A DNA stretch of 60,671 nt from Candidatus Falkowbacteria bacterium (GCA_016214745.1 JACRNW010000009.1:1-60671); one strand, 5' to 3'. Shown: positions 42,265-52,117, numbered from the stretch's first letter. Made by a program: numbers and translations. The notes: generated by a model from the sequence alone, not told the origin.

Positions 42265-43194
42265 ATGAACCAAAAATACAAAAATCCTTTTAATCATCTT
42301 CTCGCTCCGGGTCATCGCGGCTGTGCTGGCTGCGGCGAACTTTTAGCCGCGCGGCACGTAATTAACGCTCTCGGGAAAGATACGATTGTTGTTTGCGCCA
42401 CCGGCTGTCTTGAAGTGACGACTACTCCCTCGCCCGAATCTTCCTGGAAAATTCCCTGGATTCATTCGCTGTTTGAAAACGCTCCATCAGTCGCCTCCGG
42501 CATTTTAGCAGCCCTGCATACCAAAAATCATAAAAATCTTAAAGATCATAACAATCCTAAAAATCCTATCAACGTTGCGGTCTTCGGCGGCGATGGTTCA
42601 ACTTTTGATATTGGCTTTGGCGCTCTTTCCGGCCTTTGGACGCGGCGGGAAAATATTATTTATGTCTGCTTTGATAATGAAGCCTACATGAATACTGGCA
42701 ATCAATATTCGGCGGCGACGCCATTTGGCGCGGCCACCACGACTTCTCCTTCAGACACGACCATTTTTGGCAATGATTTTTTTAAAAAAGATCTCCCGGC
42801 GATCGCCGCCGCCCACGGCGTTTCCTATATCGCGACTTCAACTATCGGTTTTCCTGAAGACATCACGGCCAAAATTAAAAAGGCCTTGACTTTTTCCGGT
42901 CCAAAATATATCCAAATTCTTGTCGGCTGCGTACCAGGCTGGGGGTATGAATCAGAATTAACCGTTTCGCTTTGCCGCCTGGCCGCCCAATCCGGCCACT
43001 ATCCGGTTTTTGAAATGGAAAATGGAAAAATCACCAAGACCATGAAAATCCCGCAAAATAAACCCCCGGTTGAAGAATATTTAAAACTGCAAAAAAGATT
43101 TTCCCATCTTTTTAAAACTGATGAAGGCAAAAAACGAATTGCCTCCTTACAAAGAATGGCTGAAGAAAATATTAAAAAATACCAATTGAAGTAA
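42265..43194 (+). CDS. porB: pyruvate:ferredoxin oxidoreductase beta subunit (TPP-binding)
   Basis: It has GHRGCAGCGE and GGDGSTFDIGF motifs. An in-frame 9-nt repeat insert lies at 42522..42570. Confidence 0.9.
   Translation: MNQKYKNPFNHLLAPGHRGCAGCGELLAARHVINALGKDTIVVCATGCLEVTTTPSPESSWKIPWIHSLFENAPSVASGILAALHTKNHKNLKDHNNPKNPINVAVFGGDGSTFDIGFGALSGLWTRRENIIYVCFDNEAYMNTGNQYSAATPFGAATTTSPSDTTIFGNDFFKKDLPAIAAAHGVSYIATSTIGFPEDITAKIKKALTFSGPKYIQILVGCVPGWGYESELTVSLCRLAAQSGHYPVFEMENGKITKTMKIPQNKPPVEEYLKLQKRFSHLFKTDEGKKRIASLQRMAEENIKKYQLK
42522..42570. repeat. 9-nt-periodic repeat inside porB (CAAAAATCA TAAAAATCT TAAAGATCA TAACAATCC TAAAAATCC)
   Basis: It encodes KNHKNLKDHNNPKNP. The unit is the same as in the intergenic arrays. 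Confidence 0.75.
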
Positions 43195-43226
43195 TTGGTA
43201 ATTAGTAATTGGTAATTAGTAAAATC
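43192..43226. repeat. heptanucleotide tandem repeat TAATTGG TAATTAG TAATTGG TAATTAG TAAAATC
   Basis: It starts at the porB stop codon. The 21-mer TTAGTAATTGGTAATTAGTAA recurs in reverse complement at 51188..51208. Confidence 0.85.
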
Positions 43227-43319
43227 GGGATTAGCCCGATTTTTAATTTTGGATTTTTAATTGTAATTTTTCATTTTGCCTTTTTAATTTTTAATTAATT
43301 TATCCCCAATCGAAAGGAC

Positions 43320-43348
43320 TTGACCCTTTTTACTATTTGGTGTATACT
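43320..43348 (+). promoter_or_regulatory. candidate uvrA promoter TTGACC-N17-TATACT
   Basis: The hexamers are read directly. Confidence 0.5.
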
Positions 43349-43378
43349 AACTTTTAACAAATTCTAAATTCTACTTTT

Positions 43379-43407
43379 CCGCCATGGGCGGATCCGCCTT
43401 TGGCGGA
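43379..43407. repeat. tandem GC hairpins CCGCC-atg-GGCGG and TCCGCC-ttt-GGCGGA in the uvrA leader
   Basis: This is read directly and belongs to the same family as 12395..12431. Confidence 0.55.
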
Positions 43408-43430
43408 CTATATTCTACATAATACAAATT

Positions 43431-46259
43431 ATGCCAAACAAAATTGTAATAACCGGCGCCCGGGTCCACAACCTAAAAAATGTCAACGTTGAAATCCCTA
43501 AAAATAAATTTGTCGTTATCACCGGCCTTTCCGGATCGGGAAAATCTTCTTTGGCTTTTGATACAATTTACGCCGAAGGCCAACGCCGCTACGCGGAAAG
43601 TCTTTCTTCGTACGCCCGGCAATTTTTGGGCGTGATGGATAAACCGGCGGTTGATGAAATTACTGGCCTTTCTCCGACGATTGCCATTGATCAGCGGACC
43701 GTTTCTCACAATCCTCGTTCCACGGTCGGAACAATCACGGAAATCTATGATTATTTGCGGCTGCTTTACGCTACCGCCGGCACGCCTCACTGCCCAAAAT
43801 GCGGCGTGGAACTTATAAAACAAACCTCAAAACAAATTTCGGAAAAAATTCTGTCCCTTTTTCCGGGCAAAGAAATTTTGATTATCGCTCCCCTGAAAGA
43901 CGCTCTTAAAAATTTAAAGACAACTCTGGAAAAAATTGAACGCGCCGGCTATGCGCGCGTCAGGGTTGATGGAACTTTTTACGACCTCGCGGCCATAAAA
44001 CATCAAAATTTCGGTGATAAAAAAATAAATTTGGAAGTTGTTATTGACAGACTGGTGGTAGATTCCAATCGAAAACAATTGACTGCGACAGTTGATACTG
44101 CCTTAGAGCTCGGCGATGGCGTCGTGGTTATTTTTTCTCCGGCTGCCGAACGCGATCTCGTTTTCAGCCAAATTTTTATTTGTCCAAAATGCGGTTATGA
44201 ACTGAAGGAACTGGAACTTCGAAGTTTTTCTTTTAATAGTCCCTATGGCGCCTGCCCTACCTGCTCGGGGTTGGGCACAACTTCAAAAATTGATCCGGCA
44301 CTTGTCATTCCAAATCCCAGACTGACTCTCGCTGAGGGAGCCGTGAAGCCGTGGATAAAAATTTCCGGCGGCGCTTCCGGCCAACTTAAAATCCTCGGCC
44401 TTCTCGCTCCTAAATATGGTTTTTCTTTGGATACGCCGATCAAAGATTTAACTAAAGATCAGATTAATCTTGTTCTTTATGGCGAATCCGAAAAATCAAC
44501 CTCTGATTTAAATCTAAAATATGAAGGTGTTATCCCAAATTTAGAAAAAAAATATAAAGAAACTGATTCTGATTATGTCAGAAAAGAAATTGAAAATTAC
44601 ATGCGCACCGAAATCTGTCCATCGTGTCATGGCGCGCGGTTGAAACCGGAAGTTCTGGCCGTAACCTTTGCCGGAAAATCAATCGCTGAACTCGCCGCCA
44701 TGTCCATCGGACAAATAGATAATTTTTTAATCAATATCAACAAACAAAAGCCTTCCCAATCTGCCGGCAAACAAGGACTTTCACCTCGCGAAATAAAAAT
44801 TTCTTTTCCCATCATTAAAGAAATCACGAGTCGAATTAAAAATATTGCCAATGTCGGTTTGGGATATCTAACCCTTGACCGGGCGGTTGCCACTCTTTCC
44901 GGCGGTGAAGCTCAACGGTTGCGATTGGCCAGCCAAATCGGCTCTTCGCTTTCCGGCATTATTTATGTTTTGGACGAGCCGTCAATCGGCCTTCATTCGC
45001 GAGACAACACAAAGCTCATTGAAACACTGCAAAAATTAAAGGCGCTTGATAATACTATAATTGTCGTGGAACACGACGAGGCGACAATTCTCGCGGCTGA
45101 TTATGTTTTAGATATCGGCCCCGGAGCCGGCGAATACGGAGGCGAGGTGGTGGGTCGCGGTACGCCGGCGGAAATTAAAAAAAATAAAAAATCTCTGACC
45201 GGACTTTATCTTTCCGGAAAACAAAAAATCGAAACTCCAAAAAATTATCGCAAGGGAAACGGAAAATTTTTAACTATCGTCGGCGCCGCCGAACATAATT
45301 TAAAAAATATTGACGTAAAAATTCCCTTGGGAAAATTCGTTTGCGTGACGGGCGTATCTGGATCGGGAAAATCAACATTAATCACGGAAATTTTGAGTAA
45401 AGCTTTGACCCGCACCTTTTATCACACCAAAGATTTACCCGGAAAACATAAAGAAGTTCGGGGCGTGAATTTATTGGACAAAGTTATTACCATTGACCAA
45501 TCGCCCATCGGCCGCACGCCTCGCTCAAATCCGGCGACTTACACCGGCGTCTTCACTTACATCCGCGATCTTTTTACCCAAAATCAAGAAGCAAAAATGA
45601 AAGGTTACGACGCAGGAAAATTCAGTTTCAACGTTAAGGGCGGAGGACGCTGCGAAACATGCGGCGGCGAAGGAGCCGTAAAAATTGAAATGCAATTTTT
45701 GCCGGATGTTTATGTTGAATGCGAAGAATGCCACGGCGCGCGCTACAATGCCGAGGCTCTGGAAATACATTATAAGGGAAAAAATATTGCCGATATTTTG
45801 GATATGACCGTTGAAGAATCACGACAATTTTTTAAAGATGTTCCGACTGTTTATGAAAAACTTCAAATTCTCCACAACGTCGGCTTGGGCTACATGCGCC
45901 TTGGACAAGCGGCCACAACTCTCTCCGGCGGCGAAGCGCAAAGAATTAAATTGGCTACGGAACTTTCACGGCGGGCAACCGGTAAAACTCTTTACATTCT
46001 TGACGAACCGACAACCGGCCTCCACTTTGACGACATCAAAAAACTCCTGGCCGTTTTAAACCAATTAGTTGATAAAGGAAACAGTGTTTTGATTATTGAA
46101 CATAATCTTGACGTTATTAAATGTTCCGACTGGGTTATTGATCTTGGTCCGGAAGGCGGCGAGGGTGGCGGATATCTCGTAGCTGAAGGCACGCCTCGGG
46201 AAATTGCTAAATCAAAAAAATCTTACACTGGACAATATCTCAAAAAATCAAAAATCTAA
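43431..46259 (+). CDS. uvrA: excinuclease ABC subunit A
   Basis: It has the [23 protein letters not shown] motif, two ABC modules and zinc-finger CxxC pairs, and its 942-aa length fits. Confidence 0.95.
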   Translation: MPNKIVITGARVHNLKNVNVEIPKNKFVVITGLSGSGKSSLAFDTIYAEGQRRYAESLSSYARQFLGVMDKPAVDEITGLSPTIAIDQRTVSHNPRSTVGTITEIYDYLRLLYATAGTPHCPKCGVELIKQTSKQISEKILSLFPGKEILIIAPLKDALKNLKTTLEKIERAGYARVRVDGTFYDLAAIKHQNFGDKKINLEVVIDRLVVDSNRKQLTATVDTALELGDGVVVIFSPAAERDLVFSQIFICPKCGYELKELELRSFSFNSPYGACPTCSGLGTTSKIDPALVIPNPRLTLAEGAVKPWIKISGGASGQLKILGLLAPKYGFSLDTPIKDLTKDQINLVLYGESEKSTSDLNLKYEGVIPNLEKKYKETDSDYVRKEIENYMRTEICPSCHGARLKPEVLAVTFAGKSIAELAAMSIGQIDNFLININKQKPSQSAGKQGLSPREIKISFPIIKEITSRIKNIANVGLGYLTLDRAVATLSGGEAQRLRLASQIGSSLSGIIYVLDEPSIGLHSRDNTKLIETLQKLKALDNTIIVVEHDEATILAADYVLDIGPGAGEYGGEVVGRGTPAEIKKNKKSLTGLYLSGKQKIETPKNYRKGNGKFLTIVGAAEHNLKNIDVKIPLGKFVCVTGVSGSGKSTLITEILSKALTRTFYHTKDLPGKHKEVRGVNLLDKVITIDQSPIGRTPRSNPATYTGVFTYIRDLFTQNQEAKMKGYDAGKFSFNVKGGGRCETCGGEGAVKIEMQFLPDVYVECEECHGARYNAEALEIHYKGKNIADILDMTVEESRQFFKDVPTVYEKLQILHNVGLGYMRLGQAATTLSGGEAQRIKLATELSRRATGKTLYILDEPTTGLHFDDIKKLLAVLNQLVDKGNSVLIIEHNLDVIKCSDWVIDLGPEGGEGGGYLVAEGTPREIAKSKKSYTGQYLKKSKI

Positions 46260-46275
46260 AGCTACTACAAAAACA

Positions 46276-46306
46276 AAAATACTCCGCCCTGACGCGGAGT
46301 ATTTTT
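46276..46306. terminator. bidirectional terminator between uvrA and rplS
   Basis: The sequence is AAAAATACTCCGC-cctga-GCGGAGTATTTTT. Confidence 0.7.
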
Positions 46307-46318
46307 AATCTTTTAAAT

Positions 46319-46708
46319 TTATGCGGCCACTTCTTTCATGCGCTTGCCATAGCTGCGGAGAAAATAGAGCTTTGATTTTCTGACTTTTGCTTGTTTCACC
46401 GGCTCAATTTTAACAATAGTCGGAAGATTGACTGGGAAAATTTTTTCCACCCCCACCCCGTTTGAAATTTTTCTAACGGTGATGGTGGCGCTTTGCCCCG
46501 TGCCGCTTTTCTTGAGAATAACCCCTTCAAAAATCTGAACTCTTTTTCTTTCTTTGGCCTTGGTCTTGCCCTTTTCTTCGGTCATTTCAACTTCCTTAAT
46601 TTGCTGATGAACGCGGATAGTCTGGCCTGGTTTTAATTCAGGCAATTCGGCCTTCTTTAACTCTTCTTTTGGCGCTTCTGACGCCTCATTTTGTTTTTGC
46701 TCTTCCAT
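46319..46708 (-). CDS. rplS: 50S ribosomal protein L19 with an acidic N-terminal extension
   Basis: The pattern is RVQIFEGVILKKSG.GQSATITVRKISNGVGVEKIFPVN.P. Confidence 0.9.
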   Translation of the reverse strand: MEEQKQNEASEAPKEELKKAELPELKPGQTIRVHQQIKEVEMTEEKGKTKAKERKRVQIFEGVILKKSGTGQSATITVRKISNGVGVEKIFPVNLPTIVKIEPVKQAKVRKSKLYFLRSYGKRMKEVAA

Positions 46709-47238
46709 ATTTTTAGTTCAGTGATAATTTTATCTACCACCTGACTGATTGTTAAATTAGTTGTATTAATGACCAAATCATAGCATTCCTCGCAAAAACA
46801 GTCAACCCCATAATACCTTTTATATCTTTTTTGGCTTTCCGCCATCCTCTTTCGAACCATAGATAGAACACCCCGAATGGTCTTTTGAGCTTCTTCGTCT
46901 GGCCTCTGATTTTTGAAAATTCTCTTTGCTGCGGCCTCGGGATTAACATCTAAAAAAACCTTAAAAGAATAGGGAATAAAATAAAAAGAAAGCCATCCTT
47001 CAATGATAAAATGATTTTCCTGTTTTCCTAATTTTTTTTGAAATTCATCAACCTCTTTGTCAGTCCAAATTTCTTTCTTGCCTATTTCGTTAAGTTCATC
47101 AATCGTCATTCCGCGTTCCATGGCCATCTTACCGCGCAAATCACCCATGGAATAAAACTTGTAACCTAATTCGGAAGATAGTTTGCGAGCGACCGATGTT
47201 TTTCCGGCTCCCGAACGTCCGCCGACAGTAATAATCAT
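46657..47238 (-). CDS. P-loop nucleoside-monophosphate kinase (archaeal-type cytidylate kinase-like)
   Basis: It has the GRSGAGKTSVARKLS P-loop. Its 3' end overlaps the rplS start by 52 nt. Confidence 0.6.
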   Translation of the reverse strand: MIITVGGRSGAGKTSVARKLSSELGYKFYSMGDLRGKMAMERGMTIDELNEIGKKEIWTDKEVDEFQKKLGKQENHFIIEGWLSFYFIPYSFKVFLDVNPEAAAKRIFKNQRPDEEAQKTIRGVLSMVRKRMAESQKRYKRYYGVDCFCEECYDLVINTTNLTISQVVDKIITELKIWKSKNKMRRQKRQKKS

Positions 47239-47924
47239 AAATTATTCAAAAAATCTTTTAATTCTTCGGGCAAGTCACTTTGGAATTCTCTCCACGTGCC
47301 ATCAAGATCGCTAAAACCAATTTTGGACGCGTGGAGGAACAATCGCGGCAAAAGCGGCTCCTTGGTTTTTTTAGATCGATAAAGTTTATCGCCAACCACC
47401 GGATAGCCAAGGGCAAAAAAGTGTACCCTGATTTGGTGCGTCCGTCCGGTTTTAATTCGCGCCGAAAGTAGAGTAAAATTTTTAAATCTTTTTGTGACTT
47501 CATATTCAGTAATCGCGAGGCGGCCACTTTCCGACCCCAGAGGTAGAGCGGCAAAACGGCCCGAGTTGGCGCGAGCAATAGGAAATTCAATTACGCCTTC
47601 ATCCTGCGAGACCTCGCCATGCACCAAAACCGTGTATTCTTTTTTTATTGTTCTTTCTTTAAATTGTTTGGAGAGATGTTCAAAAGCCGCTTCAGTTTTT
47701 GCCACTACCAAAAGTCCCGAGGCATTTTTGTCTAGGCGGTGCAGAACCCCCGGCCGCGCCGGATCAGGACCGACTTTCACAATATTTGGATAATTAGAAA
47801 CTAACCAATCAACCAAAGTCGGCTCATCCGTTTTTACTTCCGCGGCAGTTTCAAGACCGGCGGGTTTGTCAATCACCAAAAAGTTGCCATCTTCGTAAAT
47901 TTTTTTTATTTCCGTATTTATCAT
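47235..47924 (-). CDS. RluA-family pseudouridine synthase
   Basis: It has the HRLDKNASGLLVVAKT catalytic motif and the GRTHQIRVH motif. Confidence 0.85.
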   Translation of the reverse strand: MINTEIKKIYEDGNFLVIDKPAGLETAAEVKTDEPTLVDWLVSNYPNIVKVGPDPARPGVLHRLDKNASGLLVVAKTEAAFEHLSKQFKERTIKKEYTVLVHGEVSQDEGVIEFPIARANSGRFAALPLGSESGRLAITEYEVTKRFKNFTLLSARIKTGRTHQIRVHFFALGYPVVGDKLYRSKKTKEPLLPRLFLHASKIGFSDLDGTWREFQSDLPEELKDFLNNL

Positions 47925-48080
47925 ATTTTAACCTTTCATCTCAATGCCCACATAATAAAATTCCAAATCACAAATTCCAAATAAATTCAAAATTCCAATT
48001 TTCAAATTTTCAAAACAAGTTTTAGATTTTGGTTATTGAGATTTATTTGGGATTTGGTGCTTGTTATTTGGCGCTTTAAC

Positions 48081-49670
48081 TTATTTACTCTCCAAATATT
48101 TTTCTAATATCTTAAAGCCCTTTTTCTTTCTCTCTTTAATAGGATCGTCCTCTGCACCAACCTCGCCCGAAAGCTGGGCCTCGCGCAAAACTTTAATTAA
48201 TTCTCCCACTTTCGGGTCTGGCTTCAATTTAAATCGCTTCATAATTTCATCGCCGCTCAAAATTGGCTTCGGTAATCTATTTTTTTCTTTAACCAAAGAT
48301 TTTAGTCCTTCAATCCTTTTGACCATTGTGTAAAAATTTTCTAAATCCGGCTCGCCAACTTTGGGAATTGTTGCTAAAGCGTCGGCAAAAGTTAATTGCA
48401 ATAATCCATCCCCGGGAAAATTGGGGTTGAAAAAATATTTTTCAATCGTGCTTGGTTTCATGCCCTCAATTTCACCCTGCAGGAGAAGCATGTGTTTGCC
48501 AATCATCTGCTCCACTCTTTTAGGATCAACTCTGATGGGCGATCCTTCGGGCAAACTATCCAACTTTAAACGGCGACAAATTTTTCCGGCCGCTTCAGCG
48601 CCGGCCACGTCGTGCCCATCAAAACGAATGCGGTCAGTGCCGTCGCGTTCTGGAGTTTTTAAAGTCAACGGCTTGCCCAAATCATGAAACAACACAGCCA
48701 TCACCACTTCCGCGCTCGGCCGCTCTTCACCAAACTGTTTTTTAAATCTTTCGGAATAAAGATTGGCTAAAGCCATTTTGGTATGAGTCCAAACATCCCC
48801 TTCAGAATGAAAATTAGGCGGTTGTTCGCAACCACGAAGAGAAAATAATTCCGGCATCAATTCATAAAGCGCGCCGCTTGATTCATATAATTCCAGAGCT
48901 CGGACCGGATCACGCCAAAAAGCTTTTAACAATTCTTTGGCAATTGTTTCATAAGGAACCACTCTTTCTTTTTTCCCGCCTCGCTGCCGTTCATCATTTA
49001 TATTTTTAATCATGTCCTGAATGGCTAAAAAAGTTTTTCCTTCAATTGTAAAACCGAACTGCGCGGCAAAACGCAATGCCCGAAGCATTCTGGAATAATC
49101 CTCTTTAAATCTTTCTTGCGGCTCGCCCACGGCCCGAAGAACTTTCGCGTCTAAATCTTCCAAACCGTGGAAAGGATCAACTAATTTTCCATCTTTTAAA
49201 TCTAATGCCATGGTGTTCACCGTAAAATCGCGACGTCCCAAATCCTCTTCCATAGTCATTTTTGGGTCAGATTGAACTTTAAAATCGCGATACCCGCCGC
49301 CCGCGCCGAGCGAGTGTTCGGTGCGCGGTAGAGCGATATCAAACGCCTCTTCGAGCTTAAAATCTTTCGGCACAAATTTATAAACTCCGAAATTTCTTCC
49401 GACCAAAACGACTTCGCCGCGTTCTTTTAAAAATTTTTCTAGAGTCTCGGGCAAAACATTTCTGACAACAAAATCGTAATCCTTTTGTTTTTTTTCTCCC
49501 AACGCGGCGTCGCGCACCGCTCCCCCGACAAGATATATCTCGCTTTGAGGAAAAGCCGACAATAATTCTTTAGCAAAACCAAGACTTGGGTCTTGTTCCA
49601 TTTTTTCACGGAATTCCCCGAGTCTTGTTTCATAAATTGCTGTTCGATTTTTTTTCATATTTTCTGTCAT
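48081..49670 (-). CDS. cca: CCA-adding tRNA nucleotidyltransferase with an HD domain
   Basis: It has the YLVGGAVRDAALG, DFTVNTMA and LFHDLGKP motifs. Confidence 0.85.
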   Translation of the reverse strand: MTENMKKNRTAIYETRLGEFREKMEQDPSLGFAKELLSAFPQSEIYLVGGAVRDAALGEKKQKDYDFVVRNVLPETLEKFLKERGEVVLVGRNFGVYKFVPKDFKLEEAFDIALPRTEHSLGAGGGYRDFKVQSDPKMTMEEDLGRRDFTVNTMALDLKDGKLVDPFHGLEDLDAKVLRAVGEPQERFKEDYSRMLRALRFAAQFGFTIEGKTFLAIQDMIKNINDERQRGGKKERVVPYETIAKELLKAFWRDPVRALELYESSGALYELMPELFSLRGCEQPPNFHSEGDVWTHTKMALANLYSERFKKQFGEERPSAEVVMAVLFHDLGKPLTLKTPERDGTDRIRFDGHDVAGAEAAGKICRRLKLDSLPEGSPIRVDPKRVEQMIGKHMLLLQGEIEGMKPSTIEKYFFNPNFPGDGLLQLTFADALATIPKVGEPDLENFYTMVKRIEGLKSLVKEKNRLPKPILSGDEIMKRFKLKPDPKVGELIKVLREAQLSGEVGAEDDPIKERKKKGFKILEKYLESK

Positions 49671-49673
49671 AAT

Positions 49674-51131
49674 TTACTCTCCTTTTACTACGGCCAGCGG
49701 CACGAGCCGCGCCACTTTTTTCGCGAGCCCCGCCCGGTCAACCACATCCACAACTTCATTAATATCTTTATACGCCAGCGGCGCTTCTTCAGTCAAACCG
49801 CTCATCGACGCGCAGCGAACAATAATTCCTTGCGCTTCTAATTCTTTTTTTAAAGTTTGGCCGCTGATACGCCGCCGCGACTCAGCTCGCGACATTCTCC
49901 GACCGGCTCCATGACAAGTTGAACCAAATGACTCGGCCATCGCCGTCTCGGTTCCAACCAAAACATACGACGCCGTTCCCATACTTCCGGGAATTAAAAC
50001 TGGCTGGCCGACCGCACGATAAATTTCCGGCAATTCCACGCGACCAGGACCGAAAGCTCTCGTCGCGCCTTTTCGGTGCAAACAGACTTTTACTTTTTTG
50101 CCGTCAATTTCATGCTCTTCAAATTTCGCGATATTGTGAGCCACGTCATAAACCAAATCCAAATTGTATTTGCCGCTCGTTTTATGGCTCAAAACTCTTT
50201 CCCAGGCTTGCCGAACTAAATTTGTAATCATCTGGCGATTAGCCCAGGCGAAATTAGCTGCCGCGGCCATGGCTTTAAAATACCTTTGTCCTTCGTCCGA
50301 GTCAAGCGGCGCCGACGCCAATTCCCGATCCGGCAATTTAATATTCCATGACGGCAATTTTTCATTCATTAATCTAACATAATCTGTGCAAACCTGATGC
50401 CCAAGTCCGCGTGAACCGGTGTGAATCATCACCGTAATTTGATTTTCGCGCATGCCAAAAATTTTGGCTACCTCCGGCAGAAAAATTTTTTCTATCCGCT
50501 GAATTTCCAAAAAATGATTGCCTGAACCGAGAGTGCCAAGCTGGTCTCGGCCGCGCTGTTTAGCGTGGTCTGAAACAAGCGAGGCGTCGGCGTTTAAAAG
50601 ACACCCGCCTTCTTCCGATTTTTCCAAATCTTCCTTCACACCATAACCCTGCGCAACCATTCGCCCCGCTCCACCCAAAAGTACGGCATCCAAATCTTTC
50701 TCGTTCAAAACCATTCTCCCGCCGCGCCCGACGCCCGACGGCACGTCGCGAGCAATTTGGTTAGCGAGATCAACCAAATACGGCGCGAGTTCGCTATGCA
50801 AAAAACTGCTCGTCAAAAGTCTGACGCCGCAGTTGATGTCATAACCCACGCCGCCCGGAGAAATTACTCCTCGTTTCGCGTCCATCGCCGCCACGCCGCC
50901 GATCGGAAAACCATAACCCTCATGAATATCGGGCATAGCCAAGGCATATTTTAAAATTCCCGGCAGAGTTGCAATATTAACCAGTTGCTCAAGCGACCGA
51001 TCTTCCTGAATTTCTTCAAGCATTTTTTCACTCGCGTAAATCCTCGCCGGCACCCGCATGTCAGAACGAAAAGATTGGGGAATTTCCCACAACTGGTTGC
51101 TGATTTTTTTAAATATTTCTTTTGCAAACAT
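49674..51131 (-). CDS. rtcB: RNA-splicing ligase RtcB
   Basis: It has PDIHEGYGFPIGGVAA, HTGSRGLGHQV and TCHGAGR motifs. Confidence 0.95.
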   Translation of the reverse strand: MFAKEIFKKISNQLWEIPQSFRSDMRVPARIYASEKMLEEIQEDRSLEQLVNIATLPGILKYALAMPDIHEGYGFPIGGVAAMDAKRGVISPGGVGYDINCGVRLLTSSFLHSELAPYLVDLANQIARDVPSGVGRGGRMVLNEKDLDAVLLGGAGRMVAQGYGVKEDLEKSEEGGCLLNADASLVSDHAKQRGRDQLGTLGSGNHFLEIQRIEKIFLPEVAKIFGMRENQITVMIHTGSRGLGHQVCTDYVRLMNEKLPSWNIKLPDRELASAPLDSDEGQRYFKAMAAAANFAWANRQMITNLVRQAWERVLSHKTSGKYNLDLVYDVAHNIAKFEEHEIDGKKVKVCLHRKGATRAFGPGRVELPEIYRAVGQPVLIPGSMGTASYVLVGTETAMAESFGSTCHGAGRRMSRAESRRRISGQTLKKELEAQGIIVRCASMSGLTEEAPLAYKDINEVVDVVDRAGLAKKVARLVPLAVVKGE

Positions 51132-51187
51132 AAAATTAATTCAAAAGACAAAATGCAAAATGCAAAATTATAATTCAAAATTTAAAA

Positions 51188-51229
51188 TTACTAATTACCA
51201 ATTACTAATTACTCGTTACGCGTTACTAT
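51188..51229. repeat. heptanucleotide tandem repeat TTACTAA TTACCAA TTACTAA TTACTCG TTACGCG TTACTAT
   Basis: It is the reverse complement of the array at 43192..43226. It lies just downstream of the archease stop on the minus strand. Confidence 0.85.
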
Positions 51230-51232
51230 TTT

Positions 51233-51706
51233 CTAAATGTCAAAAAGAACCGTCGCCTCCCAGCCGCCGTCAGTTTTTTTAATCTCCAGCCCGTGATAAG
51301 TCACGGCCTTTATTTCCGTGCTAAAACTTTTAACTGGAGCTCCAAAAATTTCCGCCTCGAGTTCTGTCTCAGTCAATTTTTCAAATTCCACTTCAAAATA
51401 AGCTTCATTATTTATATCACTCAAAGTTAACGCTTCACTCAAAAAGTCTACGAGCAAACTCTGCTCGTCCGCCGACTTGATATTAATCTTTCTCGTCCGG
51501 ATTCCCCTCCTTTTCAAGGAGGGGCTAGGGGTGGTTAAAATTTTTGGCTTCACACTTTCAAACATGCCTTTTAACATATTCAAAAACAACTCCTCTTTTG
51601 TTTTACCAAAAGCTCTAATTTTTAGATCTGTGGTGTGTTCCAAAATTTCGTATTTTTTCATAAACAAAAGATGTCTTTTCTTTATTTTATCACACTTTCC
51701 GGCCAA
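51233..51706 (-). CDS. archease (RtcB activator)
   Basis: The pattern is YEILEHTTDLKIRAFG...IKAVTYHGLEI...W.ATVLFDI. It carries an in-frame palindromic insert at 51504..51534. Confidence 0.85.
   Translation of the reverse strand: MAGKCDKIKKRHLLFMKKYEILEHTTDLKIRAFGKTKEELFLNMLKGMFESVKPKILTTPSPSLKRRGIRTRKINIKSADEQSLLVDFLSEALTLSDINNEAYFEVEFEKLTETELEAEIFGAPVKSFSTEIKAVTYHGLEIKKTDGGWEATVLFDI
51504..51534. repeat. G/C-rich palindromic element CCCCTCCTT-ttc-AAGGAGGGG + CTAGGGGTGG inside archease
   Basis: This is read directly. It encodes TTPSPSLKRRG. Confidence 0.75.
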
Positions 51707-51733
51707 AACCTACAATTTTTATCAATTACAAAA

Positions 51734-51807
51734 TGGGCGTGGATGGACTCGAACCATCGACCCCGGCTTTATAAGAGCCGTGCTCTAACCAGCTGAGCTA
51801 CACGCCC
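51734..51807 (-). tRNA. tRNA-Ile(UAU)
   Basis: The acceptor is GGGCGTG/CACGCCC, the anticodon loop CTTATAA and the T-loop TTCGAGT. No CCA is encoded. Confidence 0.85.
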
Positions 51808-52040
51808 ACAATTTGTTTTTTAAAGCATAACGGAAAAGGATGATTTTTTCAAGACCATAAAATTATCCACTTAATATTTTAATTTCGGAAAAATATAAAA
51901 TAAAAAAAATAAAAGTTATCCACATTTTGCTTGTTGACATCGAAAAAAAGGTTTATAATTAAATAATGATGATGTTATAAAATTTTATTTTAAAAAATTT
52001 TATTCTCATTTTATCTTTTGTAAAAAGGAGGTGAACCAAC

Positions 52041-52112
52041 ATGGCAAAAAAGAAAGCGAAAAAGAGAGTCGCGAAAAAACGAAAAGCGACTAAAAAGAAA
52101 AAACGAAGATAA
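52041..52112 (+). CDS. 23-aa Lys/Arg-rich peptide MAKKKAKKRVAKKRKATKKKKRR
   Basis: AAGGAGGTG lies 7 nt upstream of the ATG. A strong terminator at 52118..52155 lies immediately downstream. It falls below the ORF-track cutoff. Confidence 0.5.
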   Translation: MAKKKAKKRVAKKRKATKKKKRR

Positions 52113-52117
52113 CGTTT

